Made by a program: the position numbers and the translations under genes. A model generated the notes under the pieces. The model was not told the origin of the DNA, made no database searches, and was given only the letters and a program-made list of their open reading frames with translations. From Candidatus Thorarchaeota archaeon (lineage in GTDB: Archaea; Asgardarchaeota; Thorarchaeia; Thorarchaeales; Thorarchaeaceae), in contig JAGSHN010000012.1 of assembly GCA_029855935.1 (NCBI GenBank), forward strand, positions 32,001-96,000: DNA of 64,000 nucleotides. The letters are read 5' to 3'. Of the stretch, positions 27,226 to 37,380 are shown in pieces; within the stretch, counting starts at the first letter, position 1, and the number at the start of each line of letters is the position of its first letter.

Positions 27226-28425
27226 ATGGGACTGCTGTACGATAGAGAGACCTGTACTGGATGCATGCTATGCATCAAGGTGTGTAACTTTGGTGCTATC
27301 GAGAAGGACGGTGACAAGGTCAAGTTTGACATCGACAAGTGTGTTCTCTGCGGCTCGTGCGAGGAGGTCTGCCCTGTCGACGCCATCAAGATTGAGAGAA
27401 GGACTGTTGACGAGGAGGCTCTCGCTGAGTACAAGGATGTCTGGGTCTTCTGCGAGACTCACGAGGGTAGACTGAGGAACGTCGCCCTTGAGCTGGTCAC
27501 GAAGGCCCGTGAGCTCGCGGACAAGCTCGGCGAGAGGGTCGTTGCAGTGCTCATTGGTCACGAGATCGAGGGACTTGCCGAGTGTCTCATCCATCAGGGT
27601 GCCGACAAGGTCCTCGTCGTGGACGACAAGATCTATGCAGACTACTCAACCGATGCATACACCATTGCGATGGCATCGCTCATCGCTCCGCGCAAGCCAG
27701 CGATTGTGCTCTTTGGTGCGACCAACAACGGTCGTGAGCTGGCTCCACGCGTCGCTGCACGGCTAAAGCTCGGGCTGACGGCCGACTGCACGGGTCTGGA
27801 GATTGATGAGAACCGTCAGCTGGTTCAGATACGACCAGCGTTCGGCGGCAACATCATGGCCGAGATTCTCTGTCCCTACACCCGTCCTCAGATGGCGACG
27901 GTGCGTCCCAACGTGTTCAAGCCATCAGAGCCTGACACGTCCCGGACTGGTGAGATCGAGAAGGTGGAGATAAAGGTCAACCCGCTGCAGGTGAGGACCC
28001 GCATCCTCGACCGTGTGGTAGAGGTCACCGAGGGCATGAAGTCCGTCGAGGAGGCGGACATCATCGTCAGCTGCGGCCGCGGCATCAAGGACCCGTCGAA
28101 TCTCAATCTTCCACAGGCTCTTGCAGACCTACTCGATGCGGCTGTCGGTGGTTCCCGCCCCATCGTTGATGCGGGCTGGCTGCCCCCCACCCAGCAGGTT
28201 GGCCAGTCCGGCAGGACGGTCTCCCCGAAGCTGTACTTTGCCCTTGGCATCTCCGGTGCCATACAGCACATCGCGGGAATGTCGTCCTCGGACATCATAG
28301 TGGCCATCAACAAGGACCCTGAGGCCCCAATCTTCGAGATAGCCGACTTTGGGATTGTCGGCGACCTCTTCGAGGTAGTGCCAGCCATAATCGAGGAGAT
28401 CAAACAGCTCAAGGAGAAGCGTTGA
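27226..28425 (+). CDS. etfA: Electron transfer flavoprotein alpha subunit with N-terminal 2[4Fe-4S] ferredoxin domain
   Basis: CTGCMLCIKVC and CVLCGSCEEVCP; GLTADCT; QVGQSG; GISGAIQH. Confidence 0.95.
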   Translation: MGLLYDRETCTGCMLCIKVCNFGAIEKDGDKVKFDIDKCVLCGSCEEVCPVDAIKIERRTVDEEALAEYKDVWVFCETHEGRLRNVALELVTKARELADKLGERVVAVLIGHEIEGLAECLIHQGADKVLVVDDKIYADYSTDAYTIAMASLIAPRKPAIVLFGATNNGRELAPRVAARLKLGLTADCTGLEIDENRQLVQIRPAFGGNIMAEILCPYTRPQMATVRPNVFKPSEPDTSRTGEIEKVEIKVNPLQVRTRILDRVVEVTEGMKSVEEADIIVSCGRGIKDPSNLNLPQALADLLDAAVGGSRPIVDAGWLPPTQQVGQSGRTVSPKLYFALGISGAIQHIAGMSSSDIIVAINKDPEAPIFEIADFGIVGDLFEVVPAIIEEIKQLKEKR

Positions 28426-28560
28426 GCGTGGGCTGCCGCACAGGCAGTCCTTCCTCTCCCTCTTTCCTTCTTCCCTACGGCGCATTCGGTATCACTGATA
28501 CTGGACCACGTACCAAGCGTCCGCGCTACTGTACTCTGACCGAAGATTTATAAGAACTGT

Positions 28561-28576
28561 AGTATTGTACAGTACT
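28561..28576. promoter_or_regulatory. Near-perfect 16-bp palindrome AGTATTGTACAGTACT just downstream of TATA (TTTATAAG); probable ArsR autoregulatory operator
   Basis: One mismatched pair; lies between the TATA box and the regulator start. Confidence 0.6.
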
Positions 28577-28601
28577 GATAGTTTCAGTGGGACTGATTGA
28601 C

Positions 28602-29447
28602 ATGTCCGAGCCTGATGAGATACGAAGAGAGCTTGAAGAGATCAGACGACTGCGTGAAGAGCTACGGCAAGAACTCGATGCTGTCCGACGTGAGCGAGAG
28701 GCCCTGAAGACACTACGGGAGGAGACAATCGAGCGGGCAGGAGGGCCCCCAGAGGAGCCACCTGCTCCACCAGGTCCTCATAGACGTGACCGCCCTGGGC
28801 CGCCTCCTCCACATCGGCCACCACGTGTTCGAGGACCTCGTCCACCTCACCCGCCTCATCCACCTCATCGCAGGGTGATTGACCTCGATGCACTTGCTGA
28901 GAGTCTTGAGGACATGATGGCGGGCCTCGGTGAACAGATTCGGTCAGCTGTGGAGAGCGTGGCGACGAGTTTCGAGCGTCCTGTCGTGCTCCACCATCCC
29001 CCAAGAAGGGCCGTCAGACGCAGCACCCGGCGAAAGATTGTGGAGTCCATTCCGCCGGAGCGCATCTCACGAGTGATAGGTCCGCTGGGCAATGTCGAAC
29101 GGCTGAGGATCCTCAACTTTCTGATGGACGGAGGCAAGACCTTCAATGAGATTGAGACCTACACGGGCAAGACAGGTTCCTCTCTGACGCATCACCTCAA
29201 TCCGCTGCTGGACGCGGGATACATCGTCAAGGGCCAAGTTCGCGGTACGTACTACATCACGGTCACGGGCAGACTGGCCTACCGTCTTGCGCAGTGGCTC
29301 ACAAGTCAAGTCGAACGCGAACAGGGCTCGTCAGTGACGCGGAAGGCCTCTGACATCGAGGTGGAGTTCGAGGACGAGGATGAATATCCCGAGAACGAAG
29401 ACGCCCCATCTGAGGATGATGGGAACACAGACCCGGAGGCGACATAG
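28602..29447 (+). CDS. ArsR-family regulator with N-terminal coiled coil and Pro/Arg/His-rich linker
   Basis: PLGNVERLRIL...GSSLTHHLNPLLDAGYI...YYITVTG; PPH repeats; acidic tail. Confidence 0.85.
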   Translation: MSEPDEIRRELEEIRRLREELRQELDAVRREREALKTLREETIERAGGPPEEPPAPPGPHRRDRPGPPPPHRPPRVRGPRPPHPPHPPHRRVIDLDALAESLEDMMAGLGEQIRSAVESVATSFERPVVLHHPPRRAVRRSTRRKIVESIPPERISRVIGPLGNVERLRILNFLMDGGKTFNEIETYTGKTGSSLTHHLNPLLDAGYIVKGQVRGTYYITVTGRLAYRLAQWLTSQVEREQGSSVTRKASDIEVEFEDEDEYPENEDAPSEDDGNTDPEAT

Positions 29448-30149
29448 ATGGAGTATTCTGTTGGTCCTGAGCTGAGTGTGACCACACAGGTGTGCAGTGT
29501 CCTCGACTCTGACATCTGTAGAGTGGAGCTGGCATCAGGTAGTCTCTGGACACCAGTTCGGCAGGATGAACGTACAGTAGGCCTGGCTGCGTTCGGCCGG
29601 GGGCACCTCGTTCTCGATGCCATACTTGAGACGGATGAGGGTGCGGTGGGTGAGTCTGTGACCGTGTATTTGGAGGGTGCCCACGTGATCCTTGGTGGTG
29701 TCTTACCGCAGTCAGAGTCCCGTCCGGCGACTGATGACGACGTGAGCGACGCTGGGTTTAGCGAGCTGTCCGAGCTCCACAGGACAGCGACGGACCTCTT
29801 GGACGAGCCCGCGTTTCAGCAACTCGAATATACCTCCTCCCGACATAGACTGGTCTTCGGAACAGAGTCTGCGGGTCGGAGAGTGATCTTTGTCACGGAT
29901 GATGTACGTGCAGTCCTTCTCTGGGGGGACGACCTAGTGGCTCTGACCCGTGAGATGCTCCTCCGTATCGGGAACGGGCGACTCAGCGTGGCGTGGTCAG
30001 ATGGCAGAGAGATTGTCCTTGGTCATGGGCGGTCGCGACACAGTATCCTGCGCCATCTGTGCAGGGTAGGGCCCACGATGATGTTTGCCACGGGAATATT
30101 TCCTCAGAGGCGTCTGCCGTGGTGGGACTGTTCAGACGACATAGACTGA
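29448..30149 (+). CDS. Hypothetical protein directly coupled to the ArsR gene
   Basis: ATG immediately follows the ArsR TAG; beta-rich; no recognised motif. Confidence 0.6.
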   Translation: MEYSVGPELSVTTQVCSVLDSDICRVELASGSLWTPVRQDERTVGLAAFGRGHLVLDAILETDEGAVGESVTVYLEGAHVILGGVLPQSESRPATDDDVSDAGFSELSELHRTATDLLDEPAFQQLEYTSSRHRLVFGTESAGRRVIFVTDDVRAVLLWGDDLVALTREMLLRIGNGRLSVAWSDGREIVLGHGRSRHSILRHLCRVGPTMMFATGIFPQRRLPWWDCSDDID

Positions 30150-30203
30150 ATGTACAACGAGAATCTCCCCCGCATCATCACTGCACCCGGTATACTTTGG
30201 GGT

Positions 30204-32000
30204 CTATCGTGCAGCTAGTGCGTGTTGGACCTGAAGACTGTAGAGGGAGTGGTACTTACCGCGCTTGGCCACAAGTTCGGAGTGAGTACCCTCCTCTACT
30301 ATCCGCCCATCCTCCAGGACAATGATTCTGTCAGCTTGGACTATTGTGGAGAGCCTGTGCGCGATCACAATGGCCGTGCGCCCACGGAGAAGCATCCGCA
30401 TCCCCCTCTGTATCGCATGTTCTGTGTATACATCCACTGAACTTGTGGCCTCGTCGAGCACAAGGATGCGAGGATTCTTCAGCAGAGCCCGTGCGAAGCT
30501 TATCAGCTGGCGCTCGCCCTCGGAGAGTCGACCCCCTCTCTCGCCCACTTCGGTGTCAAGGCCGTCCTGAAGACTCTCAAGAACACGACGGGCGCCTATT
30601 GTGTCGAGGGCCCTGATTACCTCTTCGTCGGTCGCATCAGGTCTACCATACCTTATGTTGTCCCTCACGGTGCCCATAAACAGAAACGCCTCTTGTAGGA
30701 CGAGCCCGATTGCTGCGCGCAATGACCTCTGAGTGACCCTCCTGATGTCCACCCCATCAATCTCTATGCTACCGCTCCTGATGTCATAGAATCTGTTGAG
30801 AAGGTTGACGACCGTGGTCTTTCCGGCACCTGTATCGCCGACTATGGCAACAGTCTCACCGGGCTGGATCTCAAGACTGAAGTCGGTGAGGATGTCAGTC
30901 CCCTCGATGTAGCCAAAGGTCACGTTCCGGAACCTGATGTGGCCTCTCACGTCTGTCAGGTCAATGGCATCGGGGACATCTCTGACTGTGGGTTCTGTGT
31001 CAATGATTGAGAAGACCCGTTCTGCCCCGGCAAATGCGCTCTGGACGTTGGTGTAGAAGTTGGCGATGATCAATATCGGCCTGAAGAACTGGTTTGTATA
31101 CCTGATGAAGAGCACAAGTGTGCCCAGTGTCAGCGTGCCCTCCATCAGTCTCAGGCCACCAACCCAGAGGATGAGGAAGATGCCTATTCCACCGATGAAC
31201 CTGATGGCGGGAAAGAATGTTGCCTGGGCCTTGCCAGCCTCGATATTGGCCCTGTAGTCGAGATCGATCACCTCATTGAACCTCGCAATGCTCGTTTTCT
31301 CGCGAGCAAAGCTCTTTGTCACTATGGCGCCAGCAATGGATTCTGCAAGGCTTGAGGTCACGATGGAGATGGTCTTTCTCGTCTTGCGATATGCGCTCTT
31401 TAGTTTCCCTCTGAAGTATATCGTGGCGACCAGCAGCAGTGGCATTGCCAGTAGGGTGACAAGAGCCAGCTGCAGGTCAACAGTGATGATGATAGCTCCA
31501 ATCATAGTCACAATGAAGACTTGTGCAAAGGTCGTGATCAACCCACCATTGAGGAGTTCTCCCATCCTGTCGATGTCATTCGTCAGTCTGGATATCACCC
31601 TGCCGCTCGTGGAACGGTCATAGAAGTCTTGAGACATCATCTGCAGTCTGTCGTACAGGTCCTGCCGGATGTTGAATATCGCCCGTTGTCCCATCCCGGT
31701 CATCAGATACTGCATGGAGTAGCCTGTGAGCCATGCGGCAATCTGCAGTCCAACATAGAGAAGCGCGGTGGTGGCCAGAGCGTTCAGGTCACCGGTTGGG
31801 AAGTCGATGTCTATTGCATGCTTGAGAACAAAGGGACTGTACAGGATTGCGGCCATATTGGCGGCCATCAGTATGATGACTGCAAGAAACTCCTTGCGAT
31901 ACACTAGGAGATAGCCCACCATCCTCGCCAGAAGTGTCCTGTCCGGATAGTCGTAGCTCCTTGCATCGGGATCGTCCTGCTCGTCGAGATGATAGCCCAT
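30204..32000 (-). CDS. ABC exporter half-transporter (TMD+NBD), heterodimer subunit
   Basis: GDTGAGKT, LSEGERQ, ILVLDEATS, IAHRLS. Confidence 0.95.
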   Translation of the reverse strand: MGYHLDEQDDPDARSYDYPDRTLLARMVGYLLVYRKEFLAVIILMAANMAAILYSPFVLKHAIDIDFPTGDLNALATTALLYVGLQIAAWLTGYSMQYLMTGMGQRAIFNIRQDLYDRLQMMSQDFYDRSTSGRVISRLTNDIDRMGELLNGGLITTFAQVFIVTMIGAIIITVDLQLALVTLLAMPLLLVATIYFRGKLKSAYRKTRKTISIVTSSLAESIAGAIVTKSFAREKTSIARFNEVIDLDYRANIEAGKAQATFFPAIRFIGGIGIFLILWVGGLRLMEGTLTLGTLVLFIRYTNQFFRPILIIANFYTNVQSAFAGAERVFSIIDTEPTVRDVPDAIDLTDVRGHIRFRNVTFGYIEGTDILTDFSLEIQPGETVAIVGDTGAGKTTVVNLLNRFYDIRSGSIEIDGVDIRRVTQRSLRAAIGLVLQEAFLFMGTVRDNIRYGRPDATDEEVIRALDTIGARRVLESLQDGLDTEVGERGGRLSEGERQLISFARALLKNPRILVLDEATSSVDVYTEHAIQRGMRMLLRGRTAIVIAHRLSTIVQADRIIVLEDGRIVEEGTHSELVAKRGKYHSLYSLQVQHALAAR

Positions 32001-32008
32001 CCTCTACG

Positions 32009-33910
32009 TCACCCCTCCTGTGTTTCCACTGACGTCCGTTGCAGTGCCCTCGTTTCCATCTCTGTCAAGGTCTCGTATATCCCTGCATAGATGCCGCCTG
32101 CAGCCAGAAGCTCCTCGTGCGTTCCAATCTCGACAACACGTCCTCTCTCCATCACGACAATGAGATTGGCATTCCGGATGGTGCTCATCCGGTGAGTGAT
32201 GACGAACGTGGTCCGCCCTCTCATCAGATTCTCGAGTGCCTGCTGTATGAGCATCTCCGTCCTAGCGTCTACCGCGCTCGTTGAGTCATCCAATATCAGT
32301 ATTCTGGGGTCGGCGAGCAGGGCCCGTGCTATTGCAATCCTCTGTCGCTGACCACCACTGAGCGTGACCCCACGCTCTCCCACCATCGAGTCATATCCCT
32401 CTGGTAGCCTCTCGATGAACTCGTGTGCCATGGCAGCCCGCGCGGCGGCCTCTATCTCCTCTTGTGAGGCATCAGGTCTTGCAAAGGCAATGTTCTCCCT
32501 GACAGTGGCGGAGAACAGGAACGGGTCCTGATGTACGATGCCAATCCTGCGCCGGAGGTCAGTAAGACGATACATCCTCACGTCTATTCCGTCGACCAGC
32601 ACACGGCCTGGCGGTCTCACAGGACAGACAGTACCGTCTATCTCAATCTTCCCATCTTTGGCATAGTATCGTCGTCCCTCAATCTCCACGCAACCGTGTT
32701 CGTCCAGTCTGTACGTCCTGCCCCGATACTGGATAGTCGGACTGGGGTCAACATCGTAGAGCCGAGGAATCAGTCTTGTCAGACTCGACTTGCCAGACCC
32801 CGTTCCTCCGACGAGGGCCACAATCTGCCCGGGTAGGACTCTGAAGCTGACCCCGTCCAGAATCATTCTGTTTCCATCATAACCAAAGCATACGTTCTCG
32901 AACTCCACCTCGCCCTGTATGTCTGAAATCTCCACAGGTTGTTCCGGGTCCCTTATCTCGTCTTCGTGGTCGAGAACATAGAAAGTCCTCTCCGCAGCGG
33001 CCGAGGCGCGTTGATACATCCCGATTCCCCAGCTCAGGAATCTGGCTGGCAGGATTAGCATTCCAATGAGTGCGACAAAGGCGACGAACTCGCCGTACGT
33101 GAGACTACCCTCGACGAATCTGACCCCACCGACATAGACCAGCAGACCTGTGATCACTCCCAGCAGTGCTGGCAGCAACGGCTGATACAGCGCCGCCAAC
33201 CTGAACGCCCGTGTAGCCACATCTCTGTACTCCTCGTTGGCCCTGCGGACGCGCTGTCCCTCTCTGTCCTCCGACGTAAAGGAACGGATTATCTTGATGC
33301 CCACTATGTTCTCGGTCAGCACGGAGCTGAGCCGGCCGTACATCTGTCTGGCCCTGAAGAACACTGGTCTGACGTGTTTCGCAAAGGCGACACCGAACAA
33401 TGCGACGACTGGTAGGGCGACAAACATGTACATTGTCAGGCCGGGACTGATGAGCCACATCATGACATAGGTGCCTATCAGCTGGACTATGCCCATGAAT
33501 ATGACACGGTAGCCCCAGACGAGAAACTCCCTCATCGTAGTGACATCGGTTGTGACGCGTGCGATCAGCTGTCCCGTTTCGTTTCTGTCGTAGAAGGCAA
33601 GATCTTTCTCCATCAGCGCCTCGTAGAGGTCCTGCCGGAGTTCGTATATTGATCGATGCGCCGAGAGTACCGCACCGTACCTCGCGATGATGTCAAACAC
33701 TGAGTAGAGGCCCGTGAGCCCCAGATACAACAAGGAGTATGGAATGAGGAGCGCTGGGTCGGCACTGGGAATGACGCTGTCGATGATGGTCGACAGCACT
33801 GATGGAGTGAGAACATTGAAGGCTGTGCCAATTGTGGCCGACACTAGAAAACCAAAGAACAGTCTCTTGTGGCGAAGCGGATACTGCGTCAGCCTCCATA
33901 TGTACCCCAT
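32009..33910 (-). CDS. ABC exporter half-transporter (TMD+NBD) with degenerate Walker B and an NBD insertion
   Basis: GGTGSGKS, LSGGQRQ, ILILDDSTS (Glu to Asp); ~45-aa insert after Walker A. Confidence 0.95.
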   Translation of the reverse strand: MGYIWRLTQYPLRHKRLFFGFLVSATIGTAFNVLTPSVLSTIIDSVIPSADPALLIPYSLLYLGLTGLYSVFDIIARYGAVLSAHRSIYELRQDLYEALMEKDLAFYDRNETGQLIARVTTDVTTMREFLVWGYRVIFMGIVQLIGTYVMMWLISPGLTMYMFVALPVVALFGVAFAKHVRPVFFRARQMYGRLSSVLTENIVGIKIIRSFTSEDREGQRVRRANEEYRDVATRAFRLAALYQPLLPALLGVITGLLVYVGGVRFVEGSLTYGEFVAFVALIGMLILPARFLSWGIGMYQRASAAAERTFYVLDHEDEIRDPEQPVEISDIQGEVEFENVCFGYDGNRMILDGVSFRVLPGQIVALVGGTGSGKSSLTRLIPRLYDVDPSPTIQYRGRTYRLDEHGCVEIEGRRYYAKDGKIEIDGTVCPVRPPGRVLVDGIDVRMYRLTDLRRRIGIVHQDPFLFSATVRENIAFARPDASQEEIEAAARAAMAHEFIERLPEGYDSMVGERGVTLSGGQRQRIAIARALLADPRILILDDSTSAVDARTEMLIQQALENLMRGRTTFVITHRMSTIRNANLIVVMERGRVVEIGTHEELLAAGGIYAGIYETLTEMETRALQRTSVETQEG

Positions 33911-33956
33911 TCTCTCACCGTCAGTACTATCAGATCATCCGAGTCATTGATGCGTT

Positions 33957-34373
33957 TCATCTGCACTTCTCGACAAGAAGTCTTCCGAGATTCTCGCAGG
34001 CCTCGATGTCCTCCTGTGTCGGATGGCCCTTCACTCGCAGTGGTCCGTCACCCACAAACTCTCCACCGAGTTCCCGCAGCCTGTCAGCCACAATGCCTGG
34101 AGCCTCTCCACTCCACCCGTAAGAGCCAAAGGACGTGACCTTTAGACCGTCCAGCCGCGGAAGCTCGGCCATTATCTGTCGCACCTTTGGCAGAGGCCTC
34201 TTCATCCTAGTCGAGCAGCCCAGTGCCAGCGCACATGCATCGCCTAAGCCGTCAAACTCTCTAGCACGTTGCAGCACGCACTCGCCACCAGCCTCAGTGA
34301 TTCCTCTGCATATGGCCTGAGCCATTGCCTTTGTCTTGCCGGTCGTGCTCTCGTAGACAACAAGAATCTTCAT
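33957..34373 (-). CDS. Flavodoxin-like protein
   Basis: MKILVVYESTTGKTKAMA, FGSYGWSGEA. Confidence 0.9.
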   Translation of the reverse strand: MKILVVYESTTGKTKAMAQAICRGITEAGGECVLQRAREFDGLGDACALALGCSTRMKRPLPKVRQIMAELPRLDGLKVTSFGSYGWSGEAPGIVADRLRELGGEFVGDGPLRVKGHPTQEDIEACENLGRLLVEKCR

Positions 34374-34498
34374 CGTTGTTCCAGCTCCCTTCTCACTCCT
34401 GTTTGAAAAGCCTTCCAAATCGGCATCGCACACTCGTGTGTCAGAGCGTATTTGGTCGTACCGTCCCATCTATATCTCTGAACGCTCACAGTCAACGG

Positions 34499-35194
34499 GT
34501 GTCATCTCAGGAGTTTCTCAGAGAGAAGGCCCGCAGATTGTGTGATCTGCTCGTCTTGCATTACGGGGACCACATATCCGCTCGGACGTTGCCACCGGTG
34601 GACGAGTTGGTCCTGACCATTCTCAGTCAGAACACCACCGACACGAATGCCCGTCGGGCATTCGAGGCACTCAAGGCAAGATATTCCAGTTGGGATGATG
34701 TTGCCGGGGCACCGCCCTCGGATGTGGCCGATGCCATCCGCTCCTCAGGAGCATTCCGGGTGAAGGCCAAGAGAATACAGACAGCATTGCGCGAGATAAG
34801 GCGACGTATGGGCAGCATAGACCTGTCATCACTGGCCGAGATGTCGCTCGAGGAGGCAAAGCAGTTCCTGACATCGCTACACGGCGTCGGCCCCAAGACA
34901 GCTGCAATCGTTCTACTGTTCTCGTTCCATCGTCCTGTCCTCCCCGTCGACACACACGTCTATCGTGTGACCCGTCGCCTCGGTCTGATTGACTCAAGGG
35001 TTTCTCGGGAGAAGGCACACATCATCCTTGAGGGAATGATTCCCCCTGAGTGCATCTTCTCGCTGAATCACAATCTTGTCCGTCACGGGCGTTTCGTCTG
35101 CCGTGCAAGGTCACCCAAGTGTGATGAATGCTTCCTGTTCGAGATATGTGACTATGCACTCGTAGGAGATGCTGGGTCCATCCGACAGGGGTGA
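34499..35194 (+). CDS. nth: Endonuclease III (HhH-GPD glycosylase with 4Fe-4S cluster)
   Basis: TILSQNT, LHGVGPKTA, PVDTHVYRV, C-x6-C-x2-C-x5-C; start approximate. Confidence 0.9.
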   Translation: MSSQEFLREKARRLCDLLVLHYGDHISARTLPPVDELVLTILSQNTTDTNARRAFEALKARYSSWDDVAGAPPSDVADAIRSSGAFRVKAKRIQTALREIRRRMGSIDLSSLAEMSLEEAKQFLTSLHGVGPKTAAIVLLFSFHRPVLPVDTHVYRVTRRLGLIDSRVSREKAHIILEGMIPPECIFSLNHNLVRHGRFVCRARSPKCDECFLFEICDYALVGDAGSIRQG

Positions 35195-35262
35195 CAACCT
35201 TCAAAAGAAGTGTGATGGAATGAGGCCGTCATCCTTGAGTGTGTCACTTGGTGTGATCCCCC

Positions 35263-36570
35263 ATGGTCCTTCCGATACTGGAACCCTCTGCATGGGAGCC
35301 TCTGTTGGTCATCGGCCTCGGCATTGTGCTCGCCTTTGCGGGAGCAGTCGTGATGAAGCGACTGGGAATACCGCAGATACTGGGATTCATGCTGGCCGGG
35401 GTCATCCTCAGTGTCCTTGGCGTGATCACCTCGGATGTCAGGGCCGCACTGTTCCCGGTCGTCAATCTTGCCCTTGGGATGATTGGCTACAATATCGGTC
35501 TTGAGATTCGTAGAGAGGTCTTTCGTGGCAAGACGCGTCAGATGGGGACTATACTCGTTCTTGAGTCAATACTGACGTTTGTCGTGGTCACACTGCTGAC
35601 CAACCTCCTACTCTCAAACATCTATGTTGCAATTGTCTTTGGCGCACTTGCCAGTGCCACGGATCCTGCCTCCACTGTGATGGTCATCTGGGAGCGTAAC
35701 TCGAAGGGCACACTGACGGACACGCTGATGTTCGTCCTCGCCCTTGATGATGTGGTGGCAATACTTCTCGCGAACATCTCCATGTCGCTGGTCACAGTAG
35801 CATACTCCGGTTCTACTCTGCTCGGTGATGCACTCCTCGTCACACTCTTCGACATAGTCGCTTCAGCCGGCGTTGGTGCAGTCTTTGGTGCTGGAATGGT
35901 CTACTTCATTAATCGGGAGGACGACCGAGCCAAGCTTCTTGAGTTCGAGCTGGGCCTGATAATACTGCTCGTCGGGCTGATGACTTGGCTGCACCTGAGT
36001 GCAATCCTGTCGTGTATGATCTTCGGCTTTGTAGTTGGTAACTACGTCAGTCCTGAGAAGGACCCCGTCTGCCACACACTCAAGGTCGTGATGTCGCCGG
36101 TCGTGATGCTCTTCTTTGTGATTGTAGGTGCCTCGATCAATGTGTGGAACGTCCTGAGTCTGACCACGGTCCTGCTGGCGGTACTCTACGTGGGTGGTCG
36201 GAGCGTTGCCAAGTACGTCGGCGCATACACTGGTGGCAGGCTGACGGGCGCCCCCTCGGTCACAACGAGGTATCTCGGCTACTGTCTGATGTCGCAGGCA
36301 GGTGTGGCGGTGGGTCTCTCGCTCATTGTGGAGGAACAGTTTGGTGCCGCGGGCCTTGCCGATATGGGCCTCCTGATTCTAGACGTCGTTGTCATAACGA
36401 CGATGATTCTGCAGATACTCGGCCCCATCTTTGCCTCTGAGGGTCTCCGGCGCGCAGGAGAGTATCCTGTGACATGCGCCCCCCGAACGGGGGTGGCCAC
36501 AACAGGTCCTCCCAATGAACGCTCAATACTAGACGGCGGTCCTCCCGATAGCGCGCCACCTGACCCGTGA
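35263..36570 (+). CDS. Cation:proton antiporter (CPA2 / Na+:H+ exchanger family)
   Basis: ASATDPA, ALDDVV, SQAGVAVGL; many TM helices. Confidence 0.9.
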   Translation: MVLPILEPSAWEPLLVIGLGIVLAFAGAVVMKRLGIPQILGFMLAGVILSVLGVITSDVRAALFPVVNLALGMIGYNIGLEIRREVFRGKTRQMGTILVLESILTFVVVTLLTNLLLSNIYVAIVFGALASATDPASTVMVIWERNSKGTLTDTLMFVLALDDVVAILLANISMSLVTVAYSGSTLLGDALLVTLFDIVASAGVGAVFGAGMVYFINREDDRAKLLEFELGLIILLVGLMTWLHLSAILSCMIFGFVVGNYVSPEKDPVCHTLKVVMSPVVMLFFVIVGASINVWNVLSLTTVLLAVLYVGGRSVAKYVGAYTGGRLTGAPSVTTRYLGYCLMSQAGVAVGLSLIVEEQFGAAGLADMGLLILDVVVITTMILQILGPIFASEGLRRAGEYPVTCAPRTGVATTGPPNERSILDGGPPDSAPPDP

Positions 36571-36609
36571 TGCATGCATCTTATGAGGCGACGCCCGCAT
36601 TGTCTTGCT

Positions 36610-36921
36610 ATGTCGTCAAGCAGAGACTGTGTCAGAGATCAGCCGTGGAACGTCCGATGCGGTGTGAAGAGTCAGAAGGGCATCTGTGCCATTGGCCACA
36701 AAGTGGGTGATGAGGTCCTCTTCACAGAGAGAGGCCTGCGTGGCGAGCTATGTATCAGTGCTTTGTACTCGATGCTACCGAAGGTGTTCGCAATGATGTT
36801 CAACGCGTACTTTCCGTGGCTTGAGAATCAGTGTACTGCCATTCACGCGTGCCCCGATGCCGAGAATCCCGTTGTCTTTGAGTTGATGCGGGTCGAACGC
36901 GAGAAAAAGGATGACGAGTAG
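36610..36921 (+). CDS. TIGR04076-like small Cys-rich protein
   Basis: G.C..GHKVGD...LC..AL...CPD..NPVVFEL.R. Confidence 0.8.
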   Translation: MSSSRDCVRDQPWNVRCGVKSQKGICAIGHKVGDEVLFTERGLRGELCISALYSMLPKVFAMMFNAYFPWLENQCTAIHACPDAENPVVFELMRVEREKKDDE

Positions 36922-36951
36922 GTGGATCTGTGATATCGCTCCGTTTCCCAC

Positions 36952-37380
36952 TCACGAGTCACTCTCTCTCATCTCGCTGTCGTTCCCAAAGGTTTCAATC
37001 ATGTCGCGATGGACCGCATCGCTGTCTGGACGATTGGTCATCACAATTAGTGTGCGGCCGTACCAGCCGCAGTCGAGGCAGTAGTAGGCCGGCTGGAGGG
37101 CCCCAAGAAGACCAAGGTCAACCTGAGATGTTATCTGAATCACTCTGAAGCTCTTGCAGTTCGGGCAGATGGGGATATCCTGTGAGATACCCTTCTTCTT
37201 CATCTCTTCAAGAGCGTGCCTGACAAACTCAAGTCTACGAAGCTCGACTAGCTCCCTCCTTGAGAGCACAGAACCTACCGTGTTGCGCAATCGCAGCATC
37301 TCCACAAGGTGATACCGTGATGTCACCTGCGGCTCAGGAAAAGACACCGCGTACCACTGTTCGGTCCCGCGTGCACTCAA
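36952..37380 (-). CDS. Small zinc-ribbon protein
   Basis: ICPNCKS...YYCLDCGWYG; true start probably downstream of 37380. Confidence 0.7.
   Translation of the reverse strand: MSARGTEQWYAVSFPEPQVTSRYHLVEMLRLRNTVGSVLSRRELVELRRLEFVRHALEEMKKKGISQDIPICPNCKSFRVIQITSQVDLGLLGALQPAYYCLDCGWYGRTLIVMTNRPDSDAVHRDMIETFGNDSEMRESDS

Noticed and set aside
32609-32743. ABC insertion as an intein
   Set aside because: Too short and lacks the N-terminal C/S and C-terminal HN splice residues.
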